64,000 bases of DNA from Fimbriimonadales bacterium (GCA_051003155.1 JBPCLO010000006.1:1-64000); one strand, 5' to 3'; counted from the first letter of the stretch, positions 9,822 to 20,888 are shown. The notes: generated by a model from the letters alone, not told the origin. Numbers and translations: made by a program.

Positions 9822-11243
9822 ATGGACCTGAAGGCCGACATCGAGCACCCCAAGCGGATAGCCGTCGAAGAAAAGTTCCTCGAAGGCGACCACGACTACG
9901 CGACGATTTCGGACAAGATCGGGTCGATACCGCTTTCACAGCACCAGCCGCGCCAGTGGTTCATGGTGTTGGGCGCAGGCCTTCTGCTCCTGATGACGCT
10001 GCTCACGGCGGTTGGCTACCTGCTACTCGTCGGCGTCGGAATCTGGGGCGTCAATATCCCGGTCGGCTGGGGATTCGCGATCGTCAACTTCGTTTGGTGG
10101 ATCGGAATCGGCCATGCGGGAACGCTGATTTCGGCGATTTTGCTGTTGATGCGTCAGCGTTGGCGAACGTCGATCAACCGCTTATCGGAAACGATGACTC
10201 TCTTCGCGGTCATGTGCGCGGGGCTCTTCCCAATTTTGCATCTCGGCCGTCCGTGGATGTTCTACTACCTGTTCCCGTACCCGAACGCTTTGGCCCTTTG
10301 GCCGCAATTCCGCAGCCCGCTCGTCTGGGACGTTTTCGCGGTTTCAACCTACTTCACGGTGTCGGCCGTGTTCTGGTACGTCGGCCTCATCCCGGACCTC
10401 GCCACGCTCCGTGACAAGGCCAAGACTAAGCTCGGGAAAGTGGCTGCGGGCGTCGCGGCATTGGGGTGGCGCGGGTCCGCCGCTCACTGGCACCGATACG
10501 AAACGCTCTACCTCTTGCTCGCAGGAATTTCCACTCCGCTCGTCGTTTCGGTTCACTCGATAGTCAGCTTCGACTTCGCGGTTTCGCTCCTGCCCGGTTG
10601 GCACACCACCATCTTTCCGCCCTACTTCGTCGCTGGGGCCGTGTACTCCGGGTTTGCGATGGTTCTTACGCTCGTCATTCCGATGCGAAGCTGGTATGGC
10701 CTCAAAGACATGATCACGATGAAGCACATCGACTGGATGGCAAAGATCATGCTTACGACCGGCTTGATCGTGTTTTACGGCTACTTAATGGAGGCGTTTT
10801 ACGCTTGGTACAGCGGAAGCCTTTACGAGTGGTTCATGATGAAGAACCGCATGACGGGCCCGTACTTCATGTTCTACTGGGCGCTCATCTTCTGCAACGG
10901 CCTGGCCCCCCAGATTCTCTGGCTGAGAAAGGTTCGGTACAACCTGACGCTCCTGTGGATCATTACGCTCATCGTGAACCTCGGTATGTGGCTGGAGCGC
11001 TTCATCATCGTCATCACGAGCCTTCACCGGGACTTCCTTTCTTCGTCGTGGGGCATGTTCCTGCCCACCATCTGGGACGTTGCCGTGTACCTTGGCACCT
11101 TCGGGTTGTTCCTCACCGGCATGGTCTTCTTCGTTAGGTTCTTGCCGATGATTCCGATGTCGGAAATGAGGCACTTGTTGCACTTACAGAAACACGAGCG
11201 CCACGAAGAAGAAAAACCTGAGGTTGCAGGGGGTGTGCATTGA
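9822..11243 (+). CDS. actC: Alternative complex III ActC (NrfD/PsrC family)
   Basis: WGFAIVNFVWWIGIGHAGTLISAIL, HLGRPW, SPLVWD, HSIVSFDF, PGWHTTIFPPYFVAGA. Confidence 0.95.
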   Translation: MDLKADIEHPKRIAVEEKFLEGDHDYATISDKIGSIPLSQHQPRQWFMVLGAGLLLLMTLLTAVGYLLLVGVGIWGVNIPVGWGFAIVNFVWWIGIGHAGTLISAILLLMRQRWRTSINRLSETMTLFAVMCAGLFPILHLGRPWMFYYLFPYPNALALWPQFRSPLVWDVFAVSTYFTVSAVFWYVGLIPDLATLRDKAKTKLGKVAAGVAALGWRGSAAHWHRYETLYLLLAGISTPLVVSVHSIVSFDFAVSLLPGWHTTIFPPYFVAGAVYSGFAMVLTLVIPMRSWYGLKDMITMKHIDWMAKIMLTTGLIVFYGYLMEAFYAWYSGSLYEWFMMKNRMTGPYFMFYWALIFCNGLAPQILWLRKVRYNLTLLWIITLIVNLGMWLERFIIVITSLHRDFLSSSWGMFLPTIWDVAVYLGTFGLFLTGMVFFVRFLPMIPMSEMRHLLHLQKHERHEEEKPEVAGGVH

Positions 11244-11791
11244 GATCGGCGACTAAAGCCCCTTCGCTCTACGGGTTGGTCGCGCAGTACGAAACGCCGG
11301 AGGAAATACTCGTGGCCGCCCGAATGGCCCGGGAAGCCGGATACACCAAGATGGACGCCTTCACGCCGTACATGGTGGAGGGCCTCGCCGAGGAACTGCG
11401 GTCTCGTGACGACCGCGTCACCTGGATTGTCTTCGGGTGCGGCATGATAGGGGCGGCGCTCGGCTTTCTCTTACAATGGTGGGTTTCCGCGGTGGATTAT
11501 CCCATGAACATCGGCGGGCGTCCCGACGTAAGCTGGCCGTCGTTCATCCCGGTCACTTTCGAATGCGGAATCCTAGCCGCCGCGCTCGGCGGGCTGGTGG
11601 GAATGCTGATGCTGAACGGACTCCCGTTGCCGTACCACCCGATTTTCGAGGCCCCCGGCTTCGAGCGCGTAACCCGAGACCGTTTCGTCCTGTGCATCGA
11701 GTCTGCCGATCCGAAGTTCGACGCTGGCGAGACGAGAGAGTTCCTCGAGAGCACCGCGCCCGAAGGCGTCGAGGAGGTGAGGCCGAAATGA
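11240..11791 (+). CDS. actD: Alternative complex III ActD (DUF3341)
   Basis: DAFTPY..EGL, two TMs, DYPMNIGGRP..SWPSFIPVTFE, DRFVLCI. Confidence 0.92.
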   Translation: MRSATKAPSLYGLVAQYETPEEILVAARMAREAGYTKMDAFTPYMVEGLAEELRSRDDRVTWIVFGCGMIGAALGFLLQWWVSAVDYPMNIGGRPDVSWPSFIPVTFECGILAAALGGLVGMLMLNGLPLPYHPIFEAPGFERVTRDRFVLCIESADPKFDAGETREFLESTAPEGVEEVRPK

Positions 11792-12456
11792 AGCGCCCCA
11801 ATTCCATCGTTTCGGCAGTGGGCCTGGCTATCGTCGGCGCTATGGGATGCCAGCGTGACGATATGTGGTACCAGCCCAAGGTCGAAACCTACGAATCGAG
11901 CGACTTCTTCGCGGGCGGGCAGGCCAGCCGGCAGCCTGTCGGGGGAACGGTGGCGCGAGGCAGCCTCAAAGAAGATTCGCTGCTCTTTGCGGGCACAACC
12001 AATGGAGCGCAGAGTCCGGTTTTTCCTTTCAAGATCACCAAGGAAGTGTTGGAGCGCGGACGAAACAGGTACGAGATTTTCTGCCTGCCGTGCCACGGAA
12101 AGACCGGCGACGGTTTGGGCATGGTGGTTCAGCGCGGTTTCAAGCAGCCCGACTCTTTCAGTTCCGAGCGCTTAAGATCGGCTTCACCGGGTTATCTCTA
12201 TCAGGTTCTGGCGAAGGGATACACGGCTGCGAACGGCGGCAAAATGATGAGCGGCGCTGGCAAATACGCTGGCAAGACGGACTACGTGCACCCTGCGATC
12301 TACAAGAAGAACGCGGTCGAGGACAGCTGGGCGATGGTCGCTTACATCAGGGCCCTGCAGCTTAGCCAGCACTCGGATTTCGGAAGCTTAGCGCAGGAGG
12401 ATAGGGACAAAGTGAACAACCCACCCAAGAAGGAGCCGGCGAGTGGACAACACTAG
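11788..12456 (+). CDS. actE: Alternative complex III ActE monoheme cytochrome c lipoprotein
   Basis: Lipoprotein-type signal ending AMGC, DMWYQPK, R.PV.GTVARG, CLPCH, WAMVAYIRALQ. Confidence 0.9.
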   Translation: MKRPNSIVSAVGLAIVGAMGCQRDDMWYQPKVETYESSDFFAGGQASRQPVGGTVARGSLKEDSLLFAGTTNGAQSPVFPFKITKEVLERGRNRYEIFCLPCHGKTGDGLGMVVQRGFKQPDSFSSERLRSASPGYLYQVLAKGYTAANGGKMMSGAGKYAGKTDYVHPAIYKKNAVEDSWAMVAYIRALQLSQHSDFGSLAQEDRDKVNNPPKKEPASGQH

Positions 12457-13600
12457 CGCCACGGCGCCCGGCCTCGGCAAGCTGCAGATGATCGGCGTCG
12501 CGGCGGCGATTGCCGGCATCACCATGTTCGTCTTGGGCATTACCGAGCCGCACATCTACCAGTCCTACATGTTCGGTTTCATGGTTTGGATGATGCTGAC
12601 CGTCGGCTGCGTCGGCATGATGATCCTCGTTCACGTTACCAGCGGCACTTGGGGCTACCCAATGATTAGGTTCTTCGAGGCAGGCGCCAAGGCGCTGCCT
12701 CTGATGGCGCTGCTGTTCATTCCCGTGATAATGTTTCTGCCGCAAATTTTCCCTTGGGCGAACGCAGATATCGTCGCCAAGAGCGACGTGCTTCAGCATA
12801 AGCAGCACTATTTGAACCCGACGTTCTTCGGGATTCGGGCGGCAATCTATTTCGGATTCTGGATGCTCATCACCTGGATACTATCGGGTCTCGCTAAGAA
12901 AGAGGATCGAACCGGCGACGAAACGTATTTTATCAAGCGAAGGAACTGGGCCGCGCCCGGCGCCGTGTTCTTCGTGCTCACGATGAGCTTCGCGATGACC
13001 GACTGGATCATGTCGCTCGAAGAGTTTTGGTTCTCCACGATATTCGGACTTCTGACGGTCGTGGGAAGCGCGCTTGGCGCCACCGCGGCATGCGCTTTGT
13101 ATCTCATGAGCCTGTCCAAGTGGCAGCCGTTCGAGCGCCTGCTCGACGTCAAACAGTGGCGCGATATGGGAAACCTGCTTCTTACAATGGTCATCCTCTG
13201 GGGGTACATGTCGTTCTCGCAGCTGCTGATCATCTGGTCCGCGAACTTGCCCGAGGAGATCGTCTATTTTGTGAAGCGCCGTGATGGCGGTTGGCAGGTG
13301 TTGGGAACCGCCCTCGTCTTCCTCCACTTTCTGCTGCCGTTCTTGCTGCTTCTTTCCAGTAGGCTGAAGCGGACGGCGTGGATGCTGGGCGCCACGGCGG
13401 TGTTCATTTTGGCGATGCGCTTCGCCGACATCGTGTGGATGTTGATTCCCTCGATGGGACGAGGCTTCCACTGGACGGACCTCGGCGCGTTCCTCGCGAT
13501 CGGCGGCGTATGGCTGACGTTGTTCGCCTTCCAGCTCAGGCAGAACGCATTGCTCCCGCGATATAGTCTTATCCCTACGGAGGCGCTGGAACATGCGTGA
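12443..13600 (+). CDS. actF: Alternative complex III ActF
   Basis: Multi-TM, YLNPTFF..R, DWIMSLE..WFSTIFG, DMGNLL...WGYMSFSQLLIIWSANLPEE. Confidence 0.92.
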   Translation: MDNTSATAPGLGKLQMIGVAAAIAGITMFVLGITEPHIYQSYMFGFMVWMMLTVGCVGMMILVHVTSGTWGYPMIRFFEAGAKALPLMALLFIPVIMFLPQIFPWANADIVAKSDVLQHKQHYLNPTFFGIRAAIYFGFWMLITWILSGLAKKEDRTGDETYFIKRRNWAAPGAVFFVLTMSFAMTDWIMSLEEFWFSTIFGLLTVVGSALGATAACALYLMSLSKWQPFERLLDVKQWRDMGNLLLTMVILWGYMSFSQLLIIWSANLPEEIVYFVKRRDGGWQVLGTALVFLHFLLPFLLLLSSRLKRTAWMLGATAVFILAMRFADIVWMLIPSMGRGFHWTDLGAFLAIGGVWLTLFAFQLRQNALLPRYSLIPTEALEHA

Positions 13601-14060
13601 CGGCAACAACAATCCGCCCCCGGAACCTACTGCGTCGCCGGATCCACTGTTCGACCCCCTGCACGAGGTCCCTCCGGTAAAAAGCTTGGGCTATGAGCCG
13701 CGCGATTTTCTGGGCAGACGCGCATTGATCTATTTCGGACTCTCTCATGTGATCGGTTTGGCGATCGTCCTGTTCCTCACATACCTTCTGTACATCTTCT
13801 TCGCGGAGCGAATGCCTGTTCTCGAAACGTCGCCGCTCGCGGACGATGTGAGATCGGAGCCCGTCGCCCCTGTCCTCCAACCGGAGCCGGGTATCGATAT
13901 GGCTAAATTCAAGGTCTCCGAGCAGGGGCGTGCCGACCACTACGGATGGGTCGATAAGGAGAAGGGCATCGTTCATATCCCGATCGAGCGTGCGATCGAG
14001 ATCACCGCGCAGAAGGGTCTTCCGTCGAGGAAAAGAACGAAGAGCGAGGAGGACCGCTGA
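13593..14060 (+). CDS. ActG-like single-TM accessory subunit
   Basis: One TM, P.LQ, YGWVD...GIVHIPIERA; position directly after actF. Confidence 0.75.
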   Translation: MRDGNNNPPPEPTASPDPLFDPLHEVPPVKSLGYEPRDFLGRRALIYFGLSHVIGLAIVLFLTYLLYIFFAERMPVLETSPLADDVRSEPVAPVLQPEPGIDMAKFKVSEQGRADHYGWVDKEKGIVHIPIERAIEITAQKGLPSRKRTKSEEDR

Positions 14061-14914
14061 TGAAGCCCTTTGCGATCACAAGTCTCTGCCTGGCGATTAC
14101 TGCTGCTTTCCCCCAGATGCCGGACATTGAATTCAAGCCGGAGCCGAGCGTCAACATCGCCAAAGAGATCGGACTGGATCAAAAGCTCGACGGCCAGGTG
14201 CCGCTCGACGCAGCGTTTACCGACGAGTCGGGTAATCCGGTCACATTGCGCCAATACTTCGGCAAGGGGCCCGTCGTCATGGCGCTCGTTTACTATAAGT
14301 GCCCCAAGCTTTGCAACCAGGTGCTCAACGGCCTTCTTGCGACGATGCGCGTGATGAAGTTCGACGTCGGCAGGGAGTTCGAGGTCGTTCTGATCGGGAT
14401 CGATCCTCGCGAGACATCTGAGGTGGCTGCCGCAAAGAAAAAGAGCTACATGGAAAGCTACGACAGGCCGGGCGCCGAGAACGGGTGGCATTTTCTAACC
14501 GGGCAGGAAGTACAGATCAAGCGCATTGCGGACGCGGTGGGTTATTGGTACAGGTTCGATGAAAAAATGAACCAATATGTCCACCCTGCGGGACTCATGG
14601 TTGCGACACCTGCCGGAAAGCTCGCGCAGTACTTTTACGGTATCGAGTATTCGCAGCGCGACCTCGTCTTCGCGGTGATGGAGGCGTCCGAGGAGAGGAT
14701 CGGCAGCCTGGTCGATCAGGTGGTGCTCTACTGCTTCACTTACGACCCGGCGAGCGGCAGATACGGCCTTGTTGTGATGCGTGTGCTGCGGGTGATGGGA
14801 ATTGCTACCGTGCTGACCCTCGGCGCACTGGTTTTCGTGTTATCCCGCCGAAATCGTGGAAAGCTCGGTTCTGCTTCAAAAAACGGAGTCATAAGAAAGG
14901 AAGTGGCCGAATGA
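14060..14914 (+). CDS. SCO family protein
   Basis: Signal peptide, YYKCPKLC (CxxxC), IDPRET, WHFLTG, HPAG, C-terminal TM. Confidence 0.9.
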   Translation: MKPFAITSLCLAITAAFPQMPDIEFKPEPSVNIAKEIGLDQKLDGQVPLDAAFTDESGNPVTLRQYFGKGPVVMALVYYKCPKLCNQVLNGLLATMRVMKFDVGREFEVVLIGIDPRETSEVAAAKKKSYMESYDRPGAENGWHFLTGQEVQIKRIADAVGYWYRFDEKMNQYVHPAGLMVATPAGKLAQYFYGIEYSQRDLVFAVMEASEERIGSLVDQVVLYCFTYDPASGRYGLVVMRVLRVMGIATVLTLGALVFVLSRRNRGKLGSASKNGVIRKEVAE

Positions 14915-15891
14915 ACGCCATACCGGTGTGGCCCGAGCAGGCGTCGAACTTCGCTCACGAAATGGATCTCCTCTATATCGTGCTGCTCGGTTTGACGGCC
15001 TTCTTCTCTGTTATCGTCTTCGTCCCCATCGTGATCATGGTCTCCAAGTACCGTCTGGGCACCAAGGCAGATCGCAGTCACCCACATCACCACAATCTGC
15101 CGCTGGAGCTAGCTTGGACGATCATCCCCTTCCTGATGGGGATACCGGTGTTCCTGTGGGCGTCGAAACTCTTCGTCGATATGTACACTCCCATCGATGC
15201 AAAGAACTCGCTCGAGATTAGTGTCGTCGGCAAGCAGTGGATGTGGCACCTTCAGCATCCGACCGGCCAGCGAGAAAACAACGAACTGCATATTCCCTTA
15301 GGACGACCCGTGAAGCTTATGATGGTCTCCCAGGATGTGATCCATGCCTTCTATATTCCGGCCTTCCGCATCAAGAAGGACGTGCTTCCCGGCACCTACC
15401 ACACACAGTGGTTCATTCCGACGAAGGTAGGAAAGTACCACATATTCTGCGCGGAGTTCTGCGGCACGAAGCATTCCGAGATGACCGGCTCGGTGTGGGT
15501 CATGGAGCCCGAGGACTATGAGAAATGGCTAAAGGACGAGCAGTGGGGGATCAACAAACTCACTCGCTCGACGAGCATGAAGGTCGCGGGTGAACAGTTG
15601 TTTACGGAGCTCGGTTGCGTGGCTTGTCACGGCAAGAAAGACGATCCTAAGAATGTCTCGCTTGCCCGCATTTTCGGGACACAACGAATGCTTTCGGATG
15701 GCAGGCGGGTTGTGGCCGACGAGGATTACATCAGGCGGTCGATCTACGAACCCGATGCGATGAAGGTAGAGGGCCACGAGCCGATCATGCCGAGCTTCAG
15801 GGGACGCGTGGACGAGCAGCAAGTCCTCCAGGTCATCGCATATATTAAGTCGCTCAATAGAGATGAACCAAGAACAGGGAGCGCGCAATGA
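14911..15891 (+). CDS. coxB: Cytochrome c oxidase subunit II with C-terminal cytochrome c (caa3-type)
   Basis: [19 protein letters not shown], CuA motif [13 protein letters not shown]-terminal CVACH...MP. Confidence 0.95.
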   Translation: MNAIPVWPEQASNFAHEMDLLYIVLLGLTAFFSVIVFVPIVIMVSKYRLGTKADRSHPHHHNLPLELAWTIIPFLMGIPVFLWASKLFVDMYTPIDAKNSLEISVVGKQWMWHLQHPTGQRENNELHIPLGRPVKLMMVSQDVIHAFYIPAFRIKKDVLPGTYHTQWFIPTKVGKYHIFCAEFCGTKHSEMTGSVWVMEPEDYEKWLKDEQWGINKLTRSTSMKVAGEQLFTELGCVACHGKKDDPKNVSLARIFGTQRMLSDGRRVVADEDYIRRSIYEPDAMKVEGHEPIMPSFRGRVDEQQVLQVIAYIKSLNRDEPRTGSAQ

Positions 15892-17543
15892 GCCAAGTAG
15901 CCGAATACCCCGGCCCCGGAAGCCTCTCCGAAGGCCAGAACTATCTGAACGCCGAGCACACGGTCAAGTCGTGGCTTCTCACGGTGGATCACAAGCGAAT
16001 CGGCATCCTCTACTTAATCAGCATCTCGATCTTCTTCATTATCGGTGGGGTGATGGCGGCGCTGATCAGGTTCGAACTGCTGACTCCCGCCGGCGACTTC
16101 ATTTCGTCCGACGCCTACAACAAGGCGTTCACGATCCACGGCGTAACCCTGATCTTCTTTTTCCTCGTACCGTCGATCCCCGCGGTCTTGGGCAACTTTC
16201 TTATTCCCATAATGATCGGAGCGCGCGACGTCGCCTTCCCGCGCCTAAATTTGGTCAGCTGGTACCTGTTCGTCACCGGCGGCATATTCACGCTTTGCGC
16301 TTTGGTGCTGGGTGGCGTGGATACCGGTTGGACGTTCTACACGCCATACAGCAGCTCGTTCTCGAATACGGCGGTCGTGCTGTCTGTAACCGGCATCTTC
16401 ATCGCCGGATTCTCTTCCATCGCAACGGGCTTGAACTTCGTCGTCACCATTCATAAGATGCGGGCGCCCGGGCTTACTTGGTTTCGCCTGCCGCTTTTCA
16501 TTTGGGCGCACTACGCCACCAGCATGATCATGGTCCTCGGAACTCCGGTGCTCGCGATCACGCTGTTCCTTGTCGGAGTGGAGAGAATCGGTCGAATCGG
16601 CATTTTCGACCCGGCCCTCGGGGGAGACCCGGTGCTATTCCAGCACCTCTTCTGGTTCTATTCGCACCCCGCTGTCTATATCATGATCGTGCCGTCTATG
16701 GGCGTTATGAGCGAGCTCATGGCATGTTTCTCGCGTAACCGGGTATTCGGTTATGACTTCGTCGCCTACTCCAGTCTCGCGATAGCTGCGCTCAGCTTCG
16801 TCGTTTGGGGACACCACCTGTTCACGAGTGGCCAGTCGATCTATGCGGGGATGACATTCTCGATCCTCAGCTTTTTGGTCGCGATCCCGTCCGCGGTGAA
16901 AGTCTTTAACTGGACGGCCACGATGTACAAAGGAACGGTCGTTATGGATTCGCCGATGCTGTTCGCGATCGGCTTCCTCGGACTCTTCACGATCGGGGGG
17001 CTGACGGGACTGTTCCTGGCCTCACTCGCCGTCGATATTCACCTGCAGGACACGTACTTCGTAGTCGCCCACTTCCACTATATCATGGTTGGCGGGGCGA
17101 TTATGGGCTTCATGGGGGGGCTGCACTTTTGGTGGCCCAAGATGACGGGGCGCATGTACCCGGAAACGTTCGGCAAGCTGTCGGCGCTTACCATCTTCAT
17201 CGGATTCAACCTAACGTTCTTCCCACAGTTCATCATGGGTTACATGGGCATGCCGAGACGATATCACAGCTATCCCGAGGAGTGGCAGGTTTACCACGTG
17301 CTTTCGTCGGCGGGCGCGTCCGTTTTAATTGCGGGTTACGTGATGACGATCGCTTACTTGGTTTGGTCGCTCAAATATGGCGAAAAGGCAAGCGCGAATC
17401 CGTGGGGCGCGAAGGGGCTCGAATGGCAGACCTCGTCGCCGCCGCCGACCGAGAACTTCCACTTCAAGCCCGTCATAAGGGAAGAGGCGTACGCTTACGA
17501 ACCGGCGGCGGAGGGCCAGGAGGAAGCTCATGAGCTCGCATAG
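15888..17543 (+). CDS. ctaD: Cytochrome c oxidase subunit I, type A2
   Basis: [33 protein letters not shown] (YS = A2 signature), WGHH, AHFHY, GMPRRY. Confidence 0.97.
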   Translation: MSQVAEYPGPGSLSEGQNYLNAEHTVKSWLLTVDHKRIGILYLISISIFFIIGGVMAALIRFELLTPAGDFISSDAYNKAFTIHGVTLIFFFLVPSIPAVLGNFLIPIMIGARDVAFPRLNLVSWYLFVTGGIFTLCALVLGGVDTGWTFYTPYSSSFSNTAVVLSVTGIFIAGFSSIATGLNFVVTIHKMRAPGLTWFRLPLFIWAHYATSMIMVLGTPVLAITLFLVGVERIGRIGIFDPALGGDPVLFQHLFWFYSHPAVYIMIVPSMGVMSELMACFSRNRVFGYDFVAYSSLAIAALSFVVWGHHLFTSGQSIYAGMTFSILSFLVAIPSAVKVFNWTATMYKGTVVMDSPMLFAIGFLGLFTIGGLTGLFLASLAVDIHLQDTYFVVAHFHYIMVGGAIMGFMGGLHFWWPKMTGRMYPETFGKLSALTIFIGFNLTFFPQFIMGYMGMPRRYHSYPEEWQVYHVLSSAGASVLIAGYVMTIAYLVWSLKYGEKASANPWGAKGLEWQTSSPPPTENFHFKPVIREEAYAYEPAAEGQEEAHELA

Positions 17544-18207
17544 CGAAGCGATCGATGCAGGCCATGAGGGACACGACCCGCATCTGTCCCACCAGTTCGA
17601 GGACATGGTTCAGCAGAACGAGGCCTACACGGTCGGGATGTGGGTTTTCCTCGTCACGGAGTTGATGTTCTTCGGCGGTTTATTCGCCGCCTATATCATC
17701 TATCGCGGTAAGTTCTCCGCAGGATTCGTCGAGGCGCACCATCATCTCAGCGTCCCTCTGGGCGGCCTCAACACCGCCGTCCTGCTCACCAGCAGCCTCT
17801 CGATGGCGCTCGCCGTGCGCAGTTCAATGCTCGGCAAATGGAAGGCACAAATCGGCTACCTCCTCTTCACGCTGGGTTGCGCGATGGGCTTCATGGTGAT
17901 CAAGGCCATCGAGTACACCGACAAGTACAACCACCATTTGATACCGGGGCCCTCATTTGACACCACTGCTTTCAAGCATGGCGGAGTCGAACTTTTTTAC
18001 GGCCTCTACTTTGCCATGACCGGCTTGCACGGGATCCATGTGGTCATCGGCATTCTCGTGATCTCGGTCCTGATCGTGCGGACCTACATCAATAGGCATA
18101 AGAACATGGATTACATGCCGATCGAGATGACCGGCCTCTACTGGCATTTCGTCGATTTGGTTTGGATATTCCTCTACCCACTCCTCTACCTCATCGGGAG
18201 GACATAA
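17530..18207 (+). CDS. coxC: Cytochrome c oxidase subunit III
   Basis: [49 protein letters not shown]. Confidence 0.95.
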   Translation: MSSHSEAIDAGHEGHDPHLSHQFEDMVQQNEAYTVGMWVFLVTELMFFGGLFAAYIIYRGKFSAGFVEAHHHLSVPLGGLNTAVLLTSSLSMALAVRSSMLGKWKAQIGYLLFTLGCAMGFMVIKAIEYTDKYNHHLIPGPSFDTTAFKHGGVELFYGLYFAMTGLHGIHVVIGILVISVLIVRTYINRHKNMDYMPIEMTGLYWHFVDLVWIFLYPLLYLIGRT

Positions 18208-18210
18208 CAG

Positions 18211-18495
18211 ATGTCGGGACACGTCGTACCTGCTCGAATCTTCGTCAATGTTTTCATCGTCTTGCTCGTGCTGCTCGGCGTCACGGTGTGGGTCGCTTAC
18301 CTTGACCTCGGCTTCTTGAACACGGTCGTGGCCATGGGTATCGCGATCTTCAAGGCTTTGCTCGTAATCCTATACTTCATGGACTTGCGGCGCAGTTCGA
18401 AGCTGACACAGGTTTGGGCAGGAGCGGGCGTTATTTTCCTCTTGACGCTTTTCGCGCTCAGCTTGAACGACTACATCGGCCGCCTATTTAGCTAA
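18211..18495 (+). CDS. Cytochrome c oxidase subunit IV (caa3-type)
   Basis: Three TMs, IAIFKALLVILYFMDL; last gene of the operon. Confidence 0.88.
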   Translation: MSGHVVPARIFVNVFIVLLVLLGVTVWVAYLDLGFLNTVVAMGIAIFKALLVILYFMDLRRSSKLTQVWAGAGVIFLLTLFALSLNDYIGRLFS

Positions 18496-19341
18496 GGCTT
18501 CCCAAAGACAGCGCGCGGCGAGTCTCGTCGTGATATCGTGCTGGTCGTTGGGTGGCGACGCCTCGTAGATCCCGAACGTGCGAACCTTCGGGTCTTTGAA
18601 GAGGCGCCTCAGAATCGGAAGGACTTCTCGTGAATACAGGCCGGTCGGGTGCGGCGCGCTCACGCCGGGGGCCTCTGCCATTGCGAATGCGTCCATATCG
18701 AGGCTCAAATCGATAGCGTCGCATGCTTGGAGCGACGAAAAATCCGGCGCGTCGTCCTCGGCGAAGGCGACCGTTCCGCCCTTTGCAATAGCGTAATCGA
18801 GGTGTAGCTGCGCGTTCGACGGACGCTGAACCCCATACCAGAAAGCGTCCTGTCCACGAACTCCCGTTTCCAGCGCTCGCCAGAAAGATGTTCCCGAATG
18901 CTGGGTTTCGGACGCGCGTACGTCGAGGTGGGCGTCCAAATTAACAAATCCGGTTCGGCCGCTCTGCATGAGCGCCGCGATGGGTGAATAGCCCCAATCA
19001 TGGCCGCCTCCTAGGATAACGACGCGTTGAGCCCGTCCAAGTGCGGCCGCGATTGCGGTCGTTGCAGTTGCGTGGTCGTTTTCCAGACTGGACGACATCT
19101 CGAGGTCACCAAGGTCTGCGATCATAAGCCCGGTCGTTGGAGGAACGAGCCGGTAAAACCAGTTTCGGATCACGTTAGGACCCGCGGCGGCACCCGGCCG
19201 GCCACGGTTTAGGGTGACGCCTCGATCATCCGGAAAACCAAGAATCGCAAGGTCCCAGCGCTCCTTGTCGAGTTCCGCGAAGGAAACCTCTCGCGCTACG
19301 TCGCCGAGGCGAGGGTCATGCTTGTCACCTCGGGAGAACAT
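18484..19341 (-). CDS. hutG: Formimidoylglutamase (arginase family)
   Basis: D.RLG, N.GRPGAA.GP, LGGGHD, NLDAHLD, LDMD..APGVSAP; adjacent to hutH; start ATG 19341. Confidence 0.85.
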   Translation of the reverse strand: MFSRGDKHDPRLGDVAREVSFAELDKERWDLAILGFPDDRGVTLNRGRPGAAAGPNVIRNWFYRLVPPTTGLMIADLGDLEMSSSLENDHATATTAIAAALGRAQRVVILGGGHDWGYSPIAALMQSGRTGFVNLDAHLDVRASETQHSGTSFWRALETGVRGQDAFWYGVQRPSNAQLHLDYAIAKGGTVAFAEDDAPDFSSLQACDAIDLSLDMDAFAMAEAPGVSAPHPTGLYSREVLPILRRLFKDPKVRTFGIYEASPPNDQHDITTRLAARCLWEALAK

Positions 19342-19364
19342 CAGTCCGGCCTGGTGAAGAAACC

Positions 19365-20888
19365 TCAATCCAAACCACCCACTGCCAGCTCGACCTCGGC
19401 CACGATCGTCGCTAGATCGAGGCTCTGAATTTCGCGGCTCAGCGAACGATCGTCGTGGATCGGAAGGACCTGTTTCCGTACGGCCCGGCACGCGGCGAGC
19501 GTTCCTGCACCCGGCTCATGCTTCTGGATTGCTCTTCTACAATCAAGCGCCTGCGCCCCCACAATGAGCTCGACCGCCAGCACGTTGCCCGTGTTCTCGA
19601 TGACCTTGCGGGCGTGCAGTGCGGCGTTCATGGCCATCGAAACGTGGTCCTCTTGATTTGCCCCGGTCGTGATCGAATCGACGCAAGACGGGTGGCAAAG
19701 CACCTTGTTCTCGCTCACCAGGGCAGCCGCCGTGTATTGGCAGATCATCAGGCCGCTGTTGAGTCCGGGATCGGGTGTTAGAAACGCCGGAAGGCCCCGG
19801 CTGTAATCCTTGTTGAGAGCCCGTTCGGTGCGCCTTTCGCTTATGGCGGCCAGTTCCGAAACGCCGATCTTGAAATAATCCAAAGCCAACCCGACAGGTT
19901 CGCCATGAAAATGCCCTGCGGATATCACCTCATGGCCTACCACCAGCGGATTGTCGGTCACGCTTCGCAGTTCGATTTCGACAACGTCGCGCGCGTGCGC
20001 TATTGCCTGTCGCGATGCACCGTGGACCTGTGGGGCGCACCTGATAGAGTAAGCATCCTGAACTTCGTGACAAGCTTGGTGGCTTTCAATAAGTTCACTA
20101 TTTTGAATCAATCTTGTAATATTAGAAGCTGAATCGGCTTGATGTGGGTGTGGCCGCAAGGCATGAACGTCAGCGCGGAACGGTTGTGCAGAGCCGAGCA
20201 TCGCTTCCAAATTCATCGAGCAGGCGATGTCGGCGGCCTTGGCGAGAATTTTGGCCTCCGCCATCAGCAAGGCGGCAATTGCGGTGTGCACATGGGTTCC
20301 ATTGATAATCGATAGGCCGCCCTTGCTGCCCAGCTTCAGCGGTTCGACACCAGCCTCGAGCAAGGATGCACAGACCTGATCGTTGTCCATATCTGTGTAA
20401 ACAGGATGCTCGTCCCCGATCAATGCCATGCCGAGGTGGGCAAGGGGGGCGAGGTCGCCGCTAGCTCCCAAACTGCCTTGGCAAGGGATAAAAGGCAGAA
20501 TGTTGCGATTCAAAAGGTCACAAAGAAGCTCTGCGGTTTCTGGGCCAACGCCGCTCGCACCCCTTAGATGAGATGCCGCGAGTAGCAACATTGCCGCCCG
20601 CGTCTCTTCCTGGGCAAGGGGGTCGCCCACGCCGACAGCGTGTGATCGAATAAGGTTCACTTGTAAGCGAATCGCGTCCTCCTGCGGGATCCGTTCCGAT
20701 TTGAGTGCACCGAAACCTGTGTTGACTCCGTAAATCGGATCGCCGTCCCTCTCCAGGGTTTCGAGGATCTTGCGCGAGCCACGCGCCTTCGCCTTGGCCT
20801 TGTCGGAAATTGCCACGGTGACGCCTCCGGCAACCCGCGCGACGTCCTTGATGCTCAGCGGCCCGCCGGTCAGAACGACACTCTTCAT
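19365..20888 (-). CDS. hutH: Histidine ammonia-lyase
   Basis: YGVNTGFG, SHAVGVG, MIO-forming GASGDLAPLAH, QDAYSIRC, TDNPL, QEDHVSM. Confidence 0.95.
   Translation of the reverse strand: MKSVVLTGGPLSIKDVARVAGGVTVAISDKAKAKARGSRKILETLERDGDPIYGVNTGFGALKSERIPQEDAIRLQVNLIRSHAVGVGDPLAQEETRAAMLLLAASHLRGASGVGPETAELLCDLLNRNILPFIPCQGSLGASGDLAPLAHLGMALIGDEHPVYTDMDNDQVCASLLEAGVEPLKLGSKGGLSIINGTHVHTAIAALLMAEAKILAKAADIACSMNLEAMLGSAQPFRADVHALRPHPHQADSASNITRLIQNSELIESHQACHEVQDAYSIRCAPQVHGASRQAIAHARDVVEIELRSVTDNPLVVGHEVISAGHFHGEPVGLALDYFKIGVSELAAISERRTERALNKDYSRGLPAFLTPDPGLNSGLMICQYTAAALVSENKVLCHPSCVDSITTGANQEDHVSMAMNAALHARKVIENTGNVLAVELIVGAQALDCRRAIQKHEPGAGTLAACRAVRKQVLPIHDDRSLSREIQSLDLATIVAEVELAVGGLD

Noticed and set aside
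20040..20200. AT-rich patches inside hutH (and serS around 25080-25500) as inteins or foreign inserts
   Set aside because: The proteins stay colinear with their families with normal length and motifs; looks like local codon variation
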